Shown: piece after piece, positions 23,001 through 31,423 of the stretch
Numbering within the stretch: position 1 is the stretch's first letter
Layout: each line of letters starts with the position of its first letter
From: Rebecca billardiae RCC1528
Lineage: Eukaryota > Protista > Haptophyta
Reading direction: 5' to 3'
DNA length: 64,000 bases
NCBI GenBank assembly: GCA_965240325.2
Contig: OZ251245.1
Coordinates: 372,001-436,000, forward strand
Translations under genes and position numbers: made by a program
The notes under the pieces: generated by a model
Told to the model about the DNA's origin: nothing
Seen by the model: only the letters and a program-made list of their open reading frames with translations
The model's database searches: none

Positions 23001-24560
23001 CGCGGGAGAGCCCAACGCCAGCGGCGGGGGCGTCGTTCCAAAGAGTTGGTCAGGGGGTCGCGATGGCAGCGAGGGCGAGCGCGCGGGCTGCTGCCGAGGC
23101 GAGGGCGCTGGGCCCGTGCGCACGGCGCCGGGTGGCGCGGGCGGCGTGCTGTCGGCCGCAGTCGGTGGCGGCTGCGGCGCGCCCCTGGCGCCGCCACCCG
23201 TCGGCGTGGGAGATGGATGGCTGCGCGGCGGTGGTGGCGACGCCGGCGACGGCGAGGGTGACAACGACGGCTGTCGGCGCGCAAGCGGTGGCGTCGGCGA
23301 GGACAGCGCTGGTGGCGCCACGGGCGCCCTTGTGGGCGGCGGCATCGTCGCGCCAATCATCCCGCCGCCCGACGACGGCGACGGCGACGGCGACAATGCC
23401 GGCTGCCGGCGAGAGAGCGGCAGCGGCGACGACGGCGATGGCGACGGTGGCGCCACGGCCGGCAGGACTGACTCGCTCCCCGGAGGCGGCACGGGCGCTC
23501 GCAACGTCCCACCGCCAGGCGAGGACCTGAGCGATGGCGACGGCGAGGGCGAGGGCGGTCTAGACGCCAGCGGGTTCTGCGCGGGCGGCGGCGAGCGTGC
23601 ACCCGTCGTCGCGCCAGGGCCGGGAGTCGGCGACGGCGACGGCGACGGAGACAGTGACGGTGATGGTGATGGTGTGGTCGCCCCGGGAGGTTGTGGCGGC
23701 CGTCCGGGCGGCGGGCTCCGGGGCGAGGGCGGTGGGAAGGGCGGGTCGTCCAGCCCCTCCAGCCAGCCAAGCCCAAGCCTGTCCAGCCCGACAGGCGGCG
23801 GGGGCGCGGGGCTGGGCGGGGGCGGCGAGGGCGGCGGCGGGTGGGACGGCGGGGGCGCTGACGGCGGTGGCGGCAGCGGCGGCTCCGACGGCGGCGCGCT
23901 GGGCGGCTCGGCCAAGTAGTACGAAAAGTAGCGGTCGCCGTACCCGTCGATCCCCGTCGAGTACCAGCGCGCGTACCCGTGCGCCGTGCACGGCCCGTAC
24001 CCGAACGTGAGCCCGTCTCGCGCACCGGCCAGGTTCTTGCGAGCGACGGCGAGGCAAACGTGTGTGCACTGCCGCCCGATCAGGCGGATGGCCTCGAGGA
24101 CGACGCCGCCGTGAGGGAAGGCGGTGCGGCACGGGTTGGGCGCGTCTCGCGGCACCTCGACGGTGAGCGGCGACTCCGTGCCCGACTGCGCGCCCTCGCT
24201 GAGCTGGTTGAGGTCGACGCCATCCATCGAAGCGGGGTGATTCGCGCAGCCGCGCGGCAGGCCGCACATGACGCGGCAGCACGCGCACTGGCAGTACGGG
24301 ACCTCCGAGAGCGGGAGCAGGCCGACGGTCGGCCGCAGGTAGCACCGCGAGAGCGAGTGGTCCGTGTGACACCGCCGCTTTGTGCACGTGTCGCACCAAT
24401 GGCCGCGCTTCTCGATTGCCGCAGGCACGGGCGCGACCGCGCGCAGCCCGGGGGCTGCTTCGCCCACTCCGCGCGCGTGCTGCGCGCCACCGGCGAGCAG
24501 CACGAGCACGGTGGCACACGAGGCGAGCACCACCACCGCGCACGCGCTGGCGCGCTCCAT
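17073..24560 (-). CDS. Giant Pro/Ser-rich (extensin-like) extracellular protein with Cys modules and a LamG/pentraxin-like domain (~2,495 aa)
   Basis: N-terminal hydrophobic segment MERASACAVVVLASCATVLVLLAG and abundant SPPPP repeats. Two copies of a ~130-aa Cys domain. LamG-like motifs RTVAFW, HVVATY, LFVNG and GTLDDVGFWVRALS. Confidence 0.8.
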   Translation of the reverse strand: MERASACAVVVLASCATVLVLLAGGAQHARGVGEAAPGLRAVAPVPAAIEKRGHWCDTCTKRRCHTDHSLSRCYLRPTVGLLPLSEVPYCQCACCRVMCGLPRGCANHPASMDGVDLNQLSEGAQSGTESPLTVEVPRDAPNPCRTAFPHGGVVLEAIRLIGRQCTHVCLAVARKNLAGARDGLTFGYGPCTAHGYARWYSTGIDGYGDRYFSYYLAEPPSAPPSEPPLPPPPSAPPPSHPPPPSPPPPSPAPPPPVGLDRLGLGWLEGLDDPPFPPPSPRSPPPGRPPQPPGATTPSPSPSLSPSPSPSPTPGPGATTGARSPPPAQNPLASRPPSPSPSPSLRSSPGGGTLRAPVPPPGSESVLPAVAPPSPSPSSPLPLSRRQPALSPSPSPSSGGGMIGATMPPPTRAPVAPPALSSPTPPLARRQPSLSPSPSPASPPPPRSHPSPTPTGGGARGAPQPPPTAADSTPPAPPGAVRTGPAPSPRQQPARSPSLPSRPPDQLFGTTPPPLALGSPAAPPSPPSPPPSPPSPPSPPVPPQAPPAPEARRAGPLDPSMPGASLPPEGGAQSRGCRQLRVGGDLLYRQLVLRHDRPVYECDASEVQGTRCLPEHVGTHAHGAERVFLSFLPRTGWTLKKCDTATADVRHFAEECTAVLAAGVEGCFADEPGVVLCELPPTEGSWKVLDGPQQGAQEALSFECDDSPPPSPPRPSPPSPPPPPSPSPPPSPPRPSPPSPPPPPSPSPPPPSPSPPPPPPSPPPSPPSPPSFPPGVSGRASPAPPAPPPPRPPLSPPSLPPRPPMRPPSPPPHPLLRPPSPPPRPPAPLPSLPPLPPMRPPASPPPSTSPPPQSPTHPPSLASLPPSPSARQTQPPAPAQLPLPPPLPLPHSPAASTAPPASSPASAPAPSPPPSPSSPSPAPSTPPGSVPAPSASPPAPPPALPRMSASSPSPSPRAGQPPPLPSAAPSPGPPVPRAQPPPRTSPSPPSPPPPSPSPSTGGMIGATTPPPLTPRAPPPPPRPSHGTPPRTTPPETAPGRKGCEHLRISGAFAYRQVLLRHDRPVYECDASDVQGTRCLPERVGTHAHGAERVFLSFLPRTGWTLKICHVSKADVRHFAEECTAMLAAGVEGCLADEDEPGVVLCELPPPEGSWKVLDGPRQGTQEALSVACDDSPPPPPSAPPAAPPPPPSSPPPPPAELVRHFTLDGRLADDAGGASALAPLDGSGGARVGFEGASGGVEGWGYEEAARCKVGRCVRFDGDLQLLDGPPPSTGGSSRTVAFWFEQPGPSAADAGLVSYGADSPGGLFEVHTAGGSVCVSTGAQTLCDAAAYPLGTPVHVVATYESGESGPGESGPGESGAGELTLFVNGSPAASSSVTTVPLSTSPAGPVRLGAGVRPGSAPLVGTLDDVGFWVRALSPAQVAQIFVDADADINQAGVALSPPPPSPPLGPPPTPPPGPPPAMPSPLPPRPPPPPSPPPPPSPSSPPPSPSPPTPPPPPSPPPPPSPSPPPPSPSPPPPSPPPLPSSSRHRHSPPPFQSGPASPPPHPPALPPRLPPPGAASPPPHPPALPPRLPPPGARAGERAPPPSPSPPRQQPSPPPPPSPPPPPPSPSPPPPSPPPLPSSSRHRHSPPPFQSGPASPPPHPPALPPRLPPPGAASPPPHPPALPPRFPPPGAASPPPHPPALPPRLPPPGARAGERAPPPSPSPPRQQPAAAAPPPFVTWQPPAQPSPAASPSPHARVPPSPPPPPSPSPPPPSPPPSWPAPPPPPMPPLLDNTARIAGDGDSTGLLAAPRGAGSEYVAFRFEEADGWPLLYSDDARSELLQGVAYVLYVTAPHEHVAFVRPRPDLGAVDVVLRVEHRADGTKALDTLRAIGRARLSALFGRALLEEAFPPKWGCTLLAARNYELEAVLDDGSCLGMPAPPPPPRPPPVRVASPPPGPRPPPPPPPSPSPPPPSPPPSPQPPPPPPPFFLFGVPPSAPPSPSPRPSPPSPRPPSPSPSPPPPSPSPPPPSPSPPPAPSPHPPPSSSPLPPPSPLPPPRAQISPSPPPPPSPPPGSPPPPPSPAPPSPPSPPPPPSPQHAAPQPPPSPPTPPHSPPPPPPSPSPPPPSPPPPPSPSPPPPSPSPPPPLPFRPPSPPMLSQQRSPPLPPSPNPPSPPSPNPPSPPPPPSPRPPVPPLPPPHAPPPPNSPPSSLPPSPPPPHAPPPHAPPPPNSPPSSLPPSPPPPHAPPPHAPPPPNSSPPTPPPLHPPPPPSQLPPALSTPNSPPPLLPPLSPPPPPSPPPPSEPNSPPPLLPPLSPPPPSEPNSPPPLLPPLSPPPSAFLEPNSPPPLMPPLAPPPPSPNSPPPLLPPVSPPPVAPQPPPLMPPLRPPPPPPSPARGAADPGAAALREKRHGRHDGGAADHRAARRAHRLRPRDRTRGRRLPALWPSAAPTVRSAGGAAAAASGSVTVSASMEAARADGAWQAGPASAALWRREEEDEYAGVEEALASW

Positions 24561-24759
24561 CGGCGCTGCCGATGCGCCGAGACGGACTGGCAGCCTGCAG
24601 CCGCGCGTTTGTCTTCGCTCGTGGCCACCGGAAAAAATCGGCTGCCCAGCCAGCGAGCTCGCGCGGGCCCAGCAGGCGGGTCCGGGTGTGCACGCAAGAG
24701 CGTCCGGACTCCGGAGCGTTCGCCCAGCGCCGTGCCTGGGCGCGCTACAGAGCAGCCAA

Positions 24760-27288
24760 ATGCCGGGTGTCGCGCCGTGGTGCACGCTGCTCGTCGCGGC
24801 GGCCGTGCGCGCGCCGACGCGCGAGATCGCGCTCGTCGAGGTCGGCTTTGGCGAGCTCCTCGCGAGTGACGCCGCCGCCGCGGCTCGGCTGCGCGACGCC
24901 CTCGCGACGACGGGCGCGGCCGCCATCGCGGGCGTTCCTGGGCTCGACGGCGCGCTCGACTCGGCGCTGCCGTCGGTGCACGCGTGCGCATCGGCGGCCG
25001 AGGCGGGCGGGGCGGAGCGCGCGGCCACCTGGCCGCCGTTGCGTCGCACCGTCGCAGGGCGCACCATCGCCGGCCGCCAGCAAGAGCTCGAGCCGAAGCA
25101 GTGCGCGCCGCCGCTCGCGCCGCTGCGATCCATCGTGCACCACACCTCCGAGCTCGTCCTCGCCGCCATCGACGCGTCGGGCGAGCTGGGCATGCGCTCG
25201 ACGAACGGCACGCGGTACGCGGGGCTCTCGGCGCTCGCGCGCGCCGGCGAGATCCTCGAGCACTTCCACGCCTACCCGCTTCGTTCGGGCGATGCGGACG
25301 GCGCGCCGAGCGCCGACGGCGCCGAGCGCTCGCCGCCCGCCGCCGCCACGGCGGACGGCGGCGGCGGCGGTGGCGACGGCGACGAGCCTCACGCGTGGAC
25401 GCTGCCGATGCACACCGACAGTGGCGTGCTCGCCATCATGACCCCCGGCGTGTACGTGCGCGCGTGCGACGGCGCGCGCGTGCCGCCGCCCGCGGAGACT
25501 GGGCTGTATCTCGAGCTGCCCAGATCGTATCTCGAGCCGCCGAGATCGGGCGTGGCGCACGAAGAGCCCGCGCCGCACGAAGAGCCTGGGCCTGCGCGCG
25601 CGCGCGCGGTCGCGCGCGTGGCACAGTCCGTGCGCGCGCGCCCGTCTTCGCTCATCGTCCTTGTGGGCGAGGGCGGCGCGCAGTGGCTCTCGCCCGCGCA
25701 GCCCGCGGCGGGCGGCGCGCCCGCGCGCCCCCTCCGCGCCGCGCCGCACGCGATGCGCGTCGGCGCGCGCGCCACCGACGGCGCCGGCGGCGCGTGCGCG
25801 CTCGTGGTGCGCGCGTGGCACGGGCGGATGGTCCTGCCGCCCGCCGACGCGCAACTGCCGTCCGGACTGCCGTTTGGCGCGCAGCGCGCGGCGGAGCGGG
25901 CGGAGCTCGCGCGCGCCAGCGGCTCGGCCAGCGCGCGCGGCATCGTTCGCGCGCCGGGCCGCCGGCTCGCCGCCGCCGCCGCCGAGAGCGCGTGCACCAC
26001 CGCGCACGGCGACGAGGGTATCATGTGCTGGACGATGTGTATGAGCGTGTCTTCTCTCGGAAGGTGCGCGGGCGGCGCAGCGCCGGTCTGCTTCGACACG
26101 GTCACGAACGAAACGGTGGACGGCGGCGCGCACTGCCCGTCACAGCCCATGTCGACGTCGTGCGAGCCGCGCTGCCCGCCGCCGCCCGAGCCGGAGCCCG
26201 GCGGCGGCGGCGGCGGCGGCGGGCACGATCCAACGCCGGGCGGTGACGGGCCGACCCCGCCGGCCACCAAGCGATTTTGCTCCGGTCCGGGCGTGTCGAT
26301 GTACATGGAAGGGTTCATGAGTGCGCTGCTGCAGGGCGAGCGCGCGCCGTGCGTCGTGCTGCTCCTCCCCGGCCTCGTCCTCGACTCCGGCCCGCGCCTC
26401 GCCCTCGGCTGCGCGGCGTGCATCGCGCTCGGCGCGAGCGTCGAGCTGCTGGCGCGCGGCCGCTCGAGAGCGTTCCGCCGAGCGACCCTCGAGCGCCGCC
26501 GCCGCGCGCGGCTCACGCTGTTCGCGCTGCACGCTGCGCAGCTGCTCATTGGCTACCTCCTCATGCTGGCGGCGATGACGTACAATCTCGAGATCTTCGT
26601 CAGCGTGCTCGCCGGGCTTGCCGGCGGGTACGCGCACACGCTCGGCACCGAGCGTGCGGGCCACCCCGAAGCCTCGCTGGAGCCGTGCTGCCCGCCGCGC
26701 GCGGACGTGGGCGCAGACAACGCGAGTAGCACGGGCGGCGGCTCAGACTCGGGCGGCGCGGCGGGCCGCGCGCAGGGCGGGCTGCTGCAGCCGCCGCCGT
26801 CCCTCGCGCCGCTGCTCGCGGGCGGCGGTGACGGCGGCGGCGGCGGCGGCGGCGGCGGCTTCACACCGTTCGGCGCGCAGGCCGGCCCCGGCATGCATAT
26901 TCCAATCGGCGGGCAGCAGCAGCAGCAGAATATGCCGGCGATGGCCGTGATCGGGATCGAGGGGATGCACTGCGAGGCGTGCGTGGCGCGTGTCCACGCG
27001 GCGCTCGAGCGGCTCGTCGAGAGCGCCGGCGGCCTCCCGGCCGACGACGTGAGCGTCAACCTCGCCGCGGGGCGCGCGTACGTGCGCGTGCGCCCGCCCG
27101 CCTCGCCGCCGAGCCGACGGCTGCGGAGCGCAGAGCTGGTCCACGCTGTGCAGGCGGAGGGCTACTCGGCGTGGGTGGCCCACGAGCCGATGCCGACGTC
27201 CGCGCCGCAGCCCTCGGCGAGTGCGGCGCTCGGCCACGCGCAGCACGGCGCCGACGGCGCGGCTCATCACCGACCGCACGTCGAGTGA
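24760..27288 (+). CDS. Fusion: signal peptide + 2OG-Fe(II) oxygenase-like domain + Cys-rich linker + Ctr copper transporter + HMA domain
   Basis: HxD (LPMHTDSG), distal His (AAPHAM) and RxWxGRM. Ctr features SMYMEGF, three TM helices, LMLAAMTYN (MxxxM) and GLAGG. HMA motif [10 protein letters not shown]...[10 protein letters not shown]...AVQAEGY. Confidence 0.85.
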   Translation: MPGVAPWCTLLVAAAVRAPTREIALVEVGFGELLASDAAAAARLRDALATTGAAAIAGVPGLDGALDSALPSVHACASAAEAGGAERAATWPPLRRTVAGRTIAGRQQELEPKQCAPPLAPLRSIVHHTSELVLAAIDASGELGMRSTNGTRYAGLSALARAGEILEHFHAYPLRSGDADGAPSADGAERSPPAAATADGGGGGGDGDEPHAWTLPMHTDSGVLAIMTPGVYVRACDGARVPPPAETGLYLELPRSYLEPPRSGVAHEEPAPHEEPGPARARAVARVAQSVRARPSSLIVLVGEGGAQWLSPAQPAAGGAPARPLRAAPHAMRVGARATDGAGGACALVVRAWHGRMVLPPADAQLPSGLPFGAQRAAERAELARASGSASARGIVRAPGRRLAAAAAESACTTAHGDEGIMCWTMCMSVSSLGRCAGGAAPVCFDTVTNETVDGGAHCPSQPMSTSCEPRCPPPPEPEPGGGGGGGGHDPTPGGDGPTPPATKRFCSGPGVSMYMEGFMSALLQGERAPCVVLLLPGLVLDSGPRLALGCAACIALGASVELLARGRSRAFRRATLERRRRARLTLFALHAAQLLIGYLLMLAAMTYNLEIFVSVLAGLAGGYAHTLGTERAGHPEASLEPCCPPRADVGADNASSTGGGSDSGGAAGRAQGGLLQPPPSLAPLLAGGGDGGGGGGGGGFTPFGAQAGPGMHIPIGGQQQQQNMPAMAVIGIEGMHCEACVARVHAALERLVESAGGLPADDVSVNLAAGRAYVRVRPPASPPSRRLRSAELVHAVQAEGYSAWVAHEPMPTSAPQPSASAALGHAQHGADGAAHHRPHVE

Positions 27289-27430
27289 CGACAACGACGA
27301 CACACGTCGGAGTGACGTACGGTCCGACAGTAGTCTCGGAGTGACCGGGACTGCTCAGAGACTCCGCCGCGGGTGACCGGACCCCGGCGAGGTCGATCCG
27401 ATCTGCCATGTGGCTGGTAGTGACCGGACT

Positions 27431-27493
<63 letters not shown>
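27431..27493 (+). repeat. Poly-G homopolymer (63 nt)
   Basis: Uninterrupted G run. Confidence 0.95.
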
Positions 27494-27495
<2 letters not shown>

Positions 27496-27520
27496 CGAAG
27501 CCGGAGCAGCCTAGTATAGC

Positions 27521-27668
<148 letters not shown>

Positions 27669-28420
27669 ACACGCAGCTCGACGCCAGGGCCCCGCCGCGG
27701 ATGATGATTGATGAGGCTGTGCCCACGTGGTACCGACTCCGAGCAGCACCACGAGCAGTGTGAGCTGCTGGTCGTGGTCAATGTATGTATCATAATGGGA
27801 TCGTTGATCAGACGAGTGGCGCGTGTCCGCAGTGGGAGTGGCCGGCTCGGTGATCCTCGTTGAGGCACTCACTGTGGTCCCTGGTCTGGACCCGCATGGC
27901 GCTGTCCGCGCGCCCACTGATGAACAGGCCTCTGCCCGCTCTGGCTGGCAGGACCGGCAAGCCAGACAGACAGACAGACAGGGGCGGGAAGGGCGGGCCA
28001 AACAAAGCAGCTGCTGGTCGTGGCAATGCGCGGCTCGGGCGTGCGGCGGTAGGCGCGCAGCCGAGCGGCTTGCTGAGACGAGTTGGGCATCCTCTGCTGG
28101 AGGTCGAGGCGATAGGTGTCTCGGGCGCGCAGCTGTTGTGCGCTGCCGAGTCCTACCTCGCGCGGATCGAGGAGCGAGGTGCGCGCCGATGATGCCCGCT
28201 GAATGCCCCCTTTTGGGGCTCCGACGAGGCGGCAAGAGCCAGAGCAGCTCGCCTTGCAACAAAGAGGAATGGCTCGGGGGCGCCCGAGAAGCCACTCTCA
28301 CTCCAGGTGATGCAGCAGCCAGCCGTGTACCCGTAGAAGGTTCATGACGAATTCTGCGAGCTGGGTGCAACAGAGTGAGAGGCCACACGGCGAGCCCCGC
28401 CGTCACGCAGCTCGTACACA

Positions 28421-28961
28421 CTCAGTTATTGTACCAATAACACCACATATATATATATATATAGCAGCTTGGACGACGCAGCTCGAGAGCCGCCAAGCCA
28501 CACGACAGCGAGGCACGAAGGACATCGCGCACAGGGCGCCTCGAAGCTGCGGGCCGCCGGAAACAGCTGCAGCCATCAGGACAGTGGGCGCTTCCGACGG
28601 GTGCTCGCTGCGAGTGAGCGGGAGGCATGCAGCAGCGACGGTAACGGTTGGCTCGGCGCCTGATGAAAAACCCAGTTCACGAATTGGCCGTCCTGACCGC
28701 CATGCCAACCATGCCTAGTTAGCCTATGGCCCAGGAGCAGCGCAGTGAGTAGGTCGTTCTAGGCCGCCGTGCGTGCACACAGAGCACGGGCTCGAAAGTC
28801 CCTTGTGGCACGAGAAGAGGGTGGCCAAGATGGCAGCCGGACTTGAGCTCGACCGCCTGGCTCAGGCTGAATGGCAGGCAGGTGTTGATACGGCGCATTG
28901 CGCTCCCACCGTCCTCTTAGACAATCAGTTATTGTGCCAATAACCCCACATATATAGCAGT
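28421..28961 (+). repeat. Pair of direct repeats, each with a hairpin and a (TA)n tail (28421-28468; 28926-28961)
   Basis: tcaGTTATTGtrcCAATAACmccacatatatagcag occurs twice. Confidence 0.75.
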
Positions 28962-29465
28962 AGGCGTCACCGCGTCATCACTCGTCCGTACTCACTCGGC
29001 GCGCGGGTCTGGCATCAGCCGGTTATTATTATATTAGCATGCTCGGAGTCGGACTGCGGCCCCGGCCGTGTCACGCATCGTGATATATCGTCTGGCGGCT
29101 GATGCGCCTGAGGCTGATGATGCTGAGCATCACCCACATCAGACCGTACAGTCAGATTCAGATGCGACGCGCGGATCGACTATCGAGCGCGGCGGCACCG
29201 TGCCCGTGCGCTTGTCATCAATAGATATAGCAGCATATCCGACGATTCATCGCGTCATGATGCTTATTTCCCGCCCGGCCGCCGGCGCGGGCGCGGGGGG
29301 CATCATGCCGACGCTCCGGACGCTGTCGCGACTCACTGATGGCTGTCGCGGCAGCCGCCGCGCTCGGTGGAGCCCCGCCCTGCACGCACCGTGGCCATCC
29401 CTTGCCACAGTCCCGCCCGCAGCCGCGCTGCGAGCTCACAGTCGGTCGGTCGGCCGGCGCGGCCG

Positions 29466-31189
29466 TCACGGGTGCAGCTCTGACCCCGCCTCCTCGAGCG
29501 ATTCTCGCGTGGCGTCGCTGAACCAGCCCGCGCGCAGCATGAGCGTCGCGAACATGGAGGACCAGATGACGGCGCACGTGACGAGCAGCAGCACGAGGGT
29601 GAAGACCGGCCACTCCTGCGCGTGGCCGCAGCAGCCCATCCGGACGCGCTTGTCTCTGGCCTGCTGCCGCTCGGCGAGACCGCTCACGCCGTCGATGGCT
29701 GCGTGCACGTGGTGCAGCACTGGCCTGGCCCCGCCGCGCGTGCTGTCCCCCTGCCCGCCCTCCGAGTCCGGCGCCGTGGCGGCCGCCGCCCCGGACTCCT
29801 GCCGCGCCTCGTACGCGATGTCCTCGTACGCGAACCACAGCTTCGAGTAGATCACGACGGCGAGCACGAACATCGCCGTCTCTGCGCAGTACGACATGAT
29901 CAAGTAGGCATACTTTTTGGGCGCGCCCAGCTTGAAGAGGACGTACAGGCCGAAGATGAACTCGACCACCTTGGCGGAGGCGTACGCGCCTGCGCGCGTA
30001 CGCGCGGCGCGGGCGCGCGGGGGGCGGCGCGGCGCGGCGTGGCTCAGCGCCCCGCGCTCAGTCACTGGCGTGAGTGCCCAGTCGGTCTGGGGGGGCCGGC
30101 GCGGAGCGCGCGTGCACGAGCGGTCCGGCCAATCACGGGCACAGCCGGGCGTGATGGCCCTCCGGAATCGGTGCCGACTGTGCCCGAGCCCACAGGCAAG
30201 GCCGCGCGGGCTCGCCGCAGGCCCTCGGCAAGCTGGCGCGCGCGCGCGCGTGCGCGCACAGTTGACCAGGATGAAGTACCGCGTCGTCCAGTGCCGCTTC
30301 TTGTGGATCGCCGTGAGGAAGAAGACGTTGCCCGAGATCATGCAGATTGGCAGCACAATGTCGTTGCCCAGGATCTCGGTGAGCTCGGCGCTCCAGCTGC
30401 GCAGGCCGTAGTACACGAGCACGCACATGTCCGCCAGCCCGACGCACAGCTCGAGGATATAGAACCCGTCCGTGATGTATAGCCTGCGCGGGCGGGCGGG
30501 CGGGCGGGTGCGCCGAAAGGCGTGCGCGGACGCGCGTCGGCGACGAGGCCGCGCACGCCCGTGCGCGCGCACGCGCGGCCGGCCGCATAGCAACTCGGTG
30601 GGCGCGCACGCGCACGCAACACGCACGCGCCGCGCACGCGCGCGCGGCCCGCCGCGCACCAGTGCACGCGGATGTGCTTCTCAGCCTCGTGCACTTCCAT
30701 GGAGCGCGGGCTGGCGGTGCCGCTGCGCGGCGTGTCCAGGAAGTCGGCGGGGCCCTGCCCGAGGAGGTCGTGGAAGATGAGCCCGAGCACCAGGAACGGG
30801 ATCGTGCAGAGGAAGCAGAACCAGTAGAACGGATTGAACCGAACGATGGGCGACGCCACCTGCTCCTCGTACGGCTTGCGTGCAAAGACCGGCGGGCAGA
30901 TCCAGATGAAGAGCATCGCGTGGGTCTCGACGGTGGACCACTCGAGCGCGGCGCAGAGGTACGCGTACAGCGTCGGCCCTCGGAGGCAGCCGCGCACGCC
31001 GCCCTCGTCCGTGCGCGCCAGGCGCATCACGCCGCCCGGCGTGTCGGTCTGATCGAGCTGCAGCTTTGGGATCTCCGGCGCGGGCGCAGGCGCGGGGGCT
31101 GCGGCGGCCGGCTTGCCACGCCGCTTGCCGAACGACTTGAAGAAACCGCGGATCACGCGTGGGGCTTTCGGCCTGCTCGGCCTGCCCAT
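29466..31189 (-). CDS. Multi-pass membrane protein of unknown function, 3 exons (~425 aa)
   Basis: Exons 31189-30660, 30483-30260 and 29989-29466 splice in frame at GT-AG sites. About 6-7 hydrophobic segments. Confidence 0.75.
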
Positions 31190-31423
31190 CGCGCCGTCCG
31201 AGGTGTGTGCTGACCAAAGCGCTGGCGCACGGGCGGCTCAGCTCAGGCAGCCAGCCATGCTGCCACTGAAAAGGCAGGCGCCTACAAGAGCTGTTCGATC
31301 TCGGCCACGAGATTGCTGCTGAAAGCTGCTCAGATTTCGCCAGACGCGCGCGGGGCGGCCCCCTTTTTGGCCCGCGCGGGTGCGGCGTCTTCGCTCCGGT
31401 TCGGGACCGCCCCCTGCACTCCT

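Noticed and set aside
17059-24991. Long Gly-, Ala- and Arg-rich overlapping ORFs on both strands
   Set aside because: Shadow frames of the Pro-rich gene, caused by stop-codon scarcity at very high GC.
24561-25211. N-terminal 217 aa of the 2712-aa ORF, overlapping the Ctr fusion gene
   Set aside because: The signal-like sequence starts at ATG 24560. The upstream part is antisense to the real plus-strand gene.
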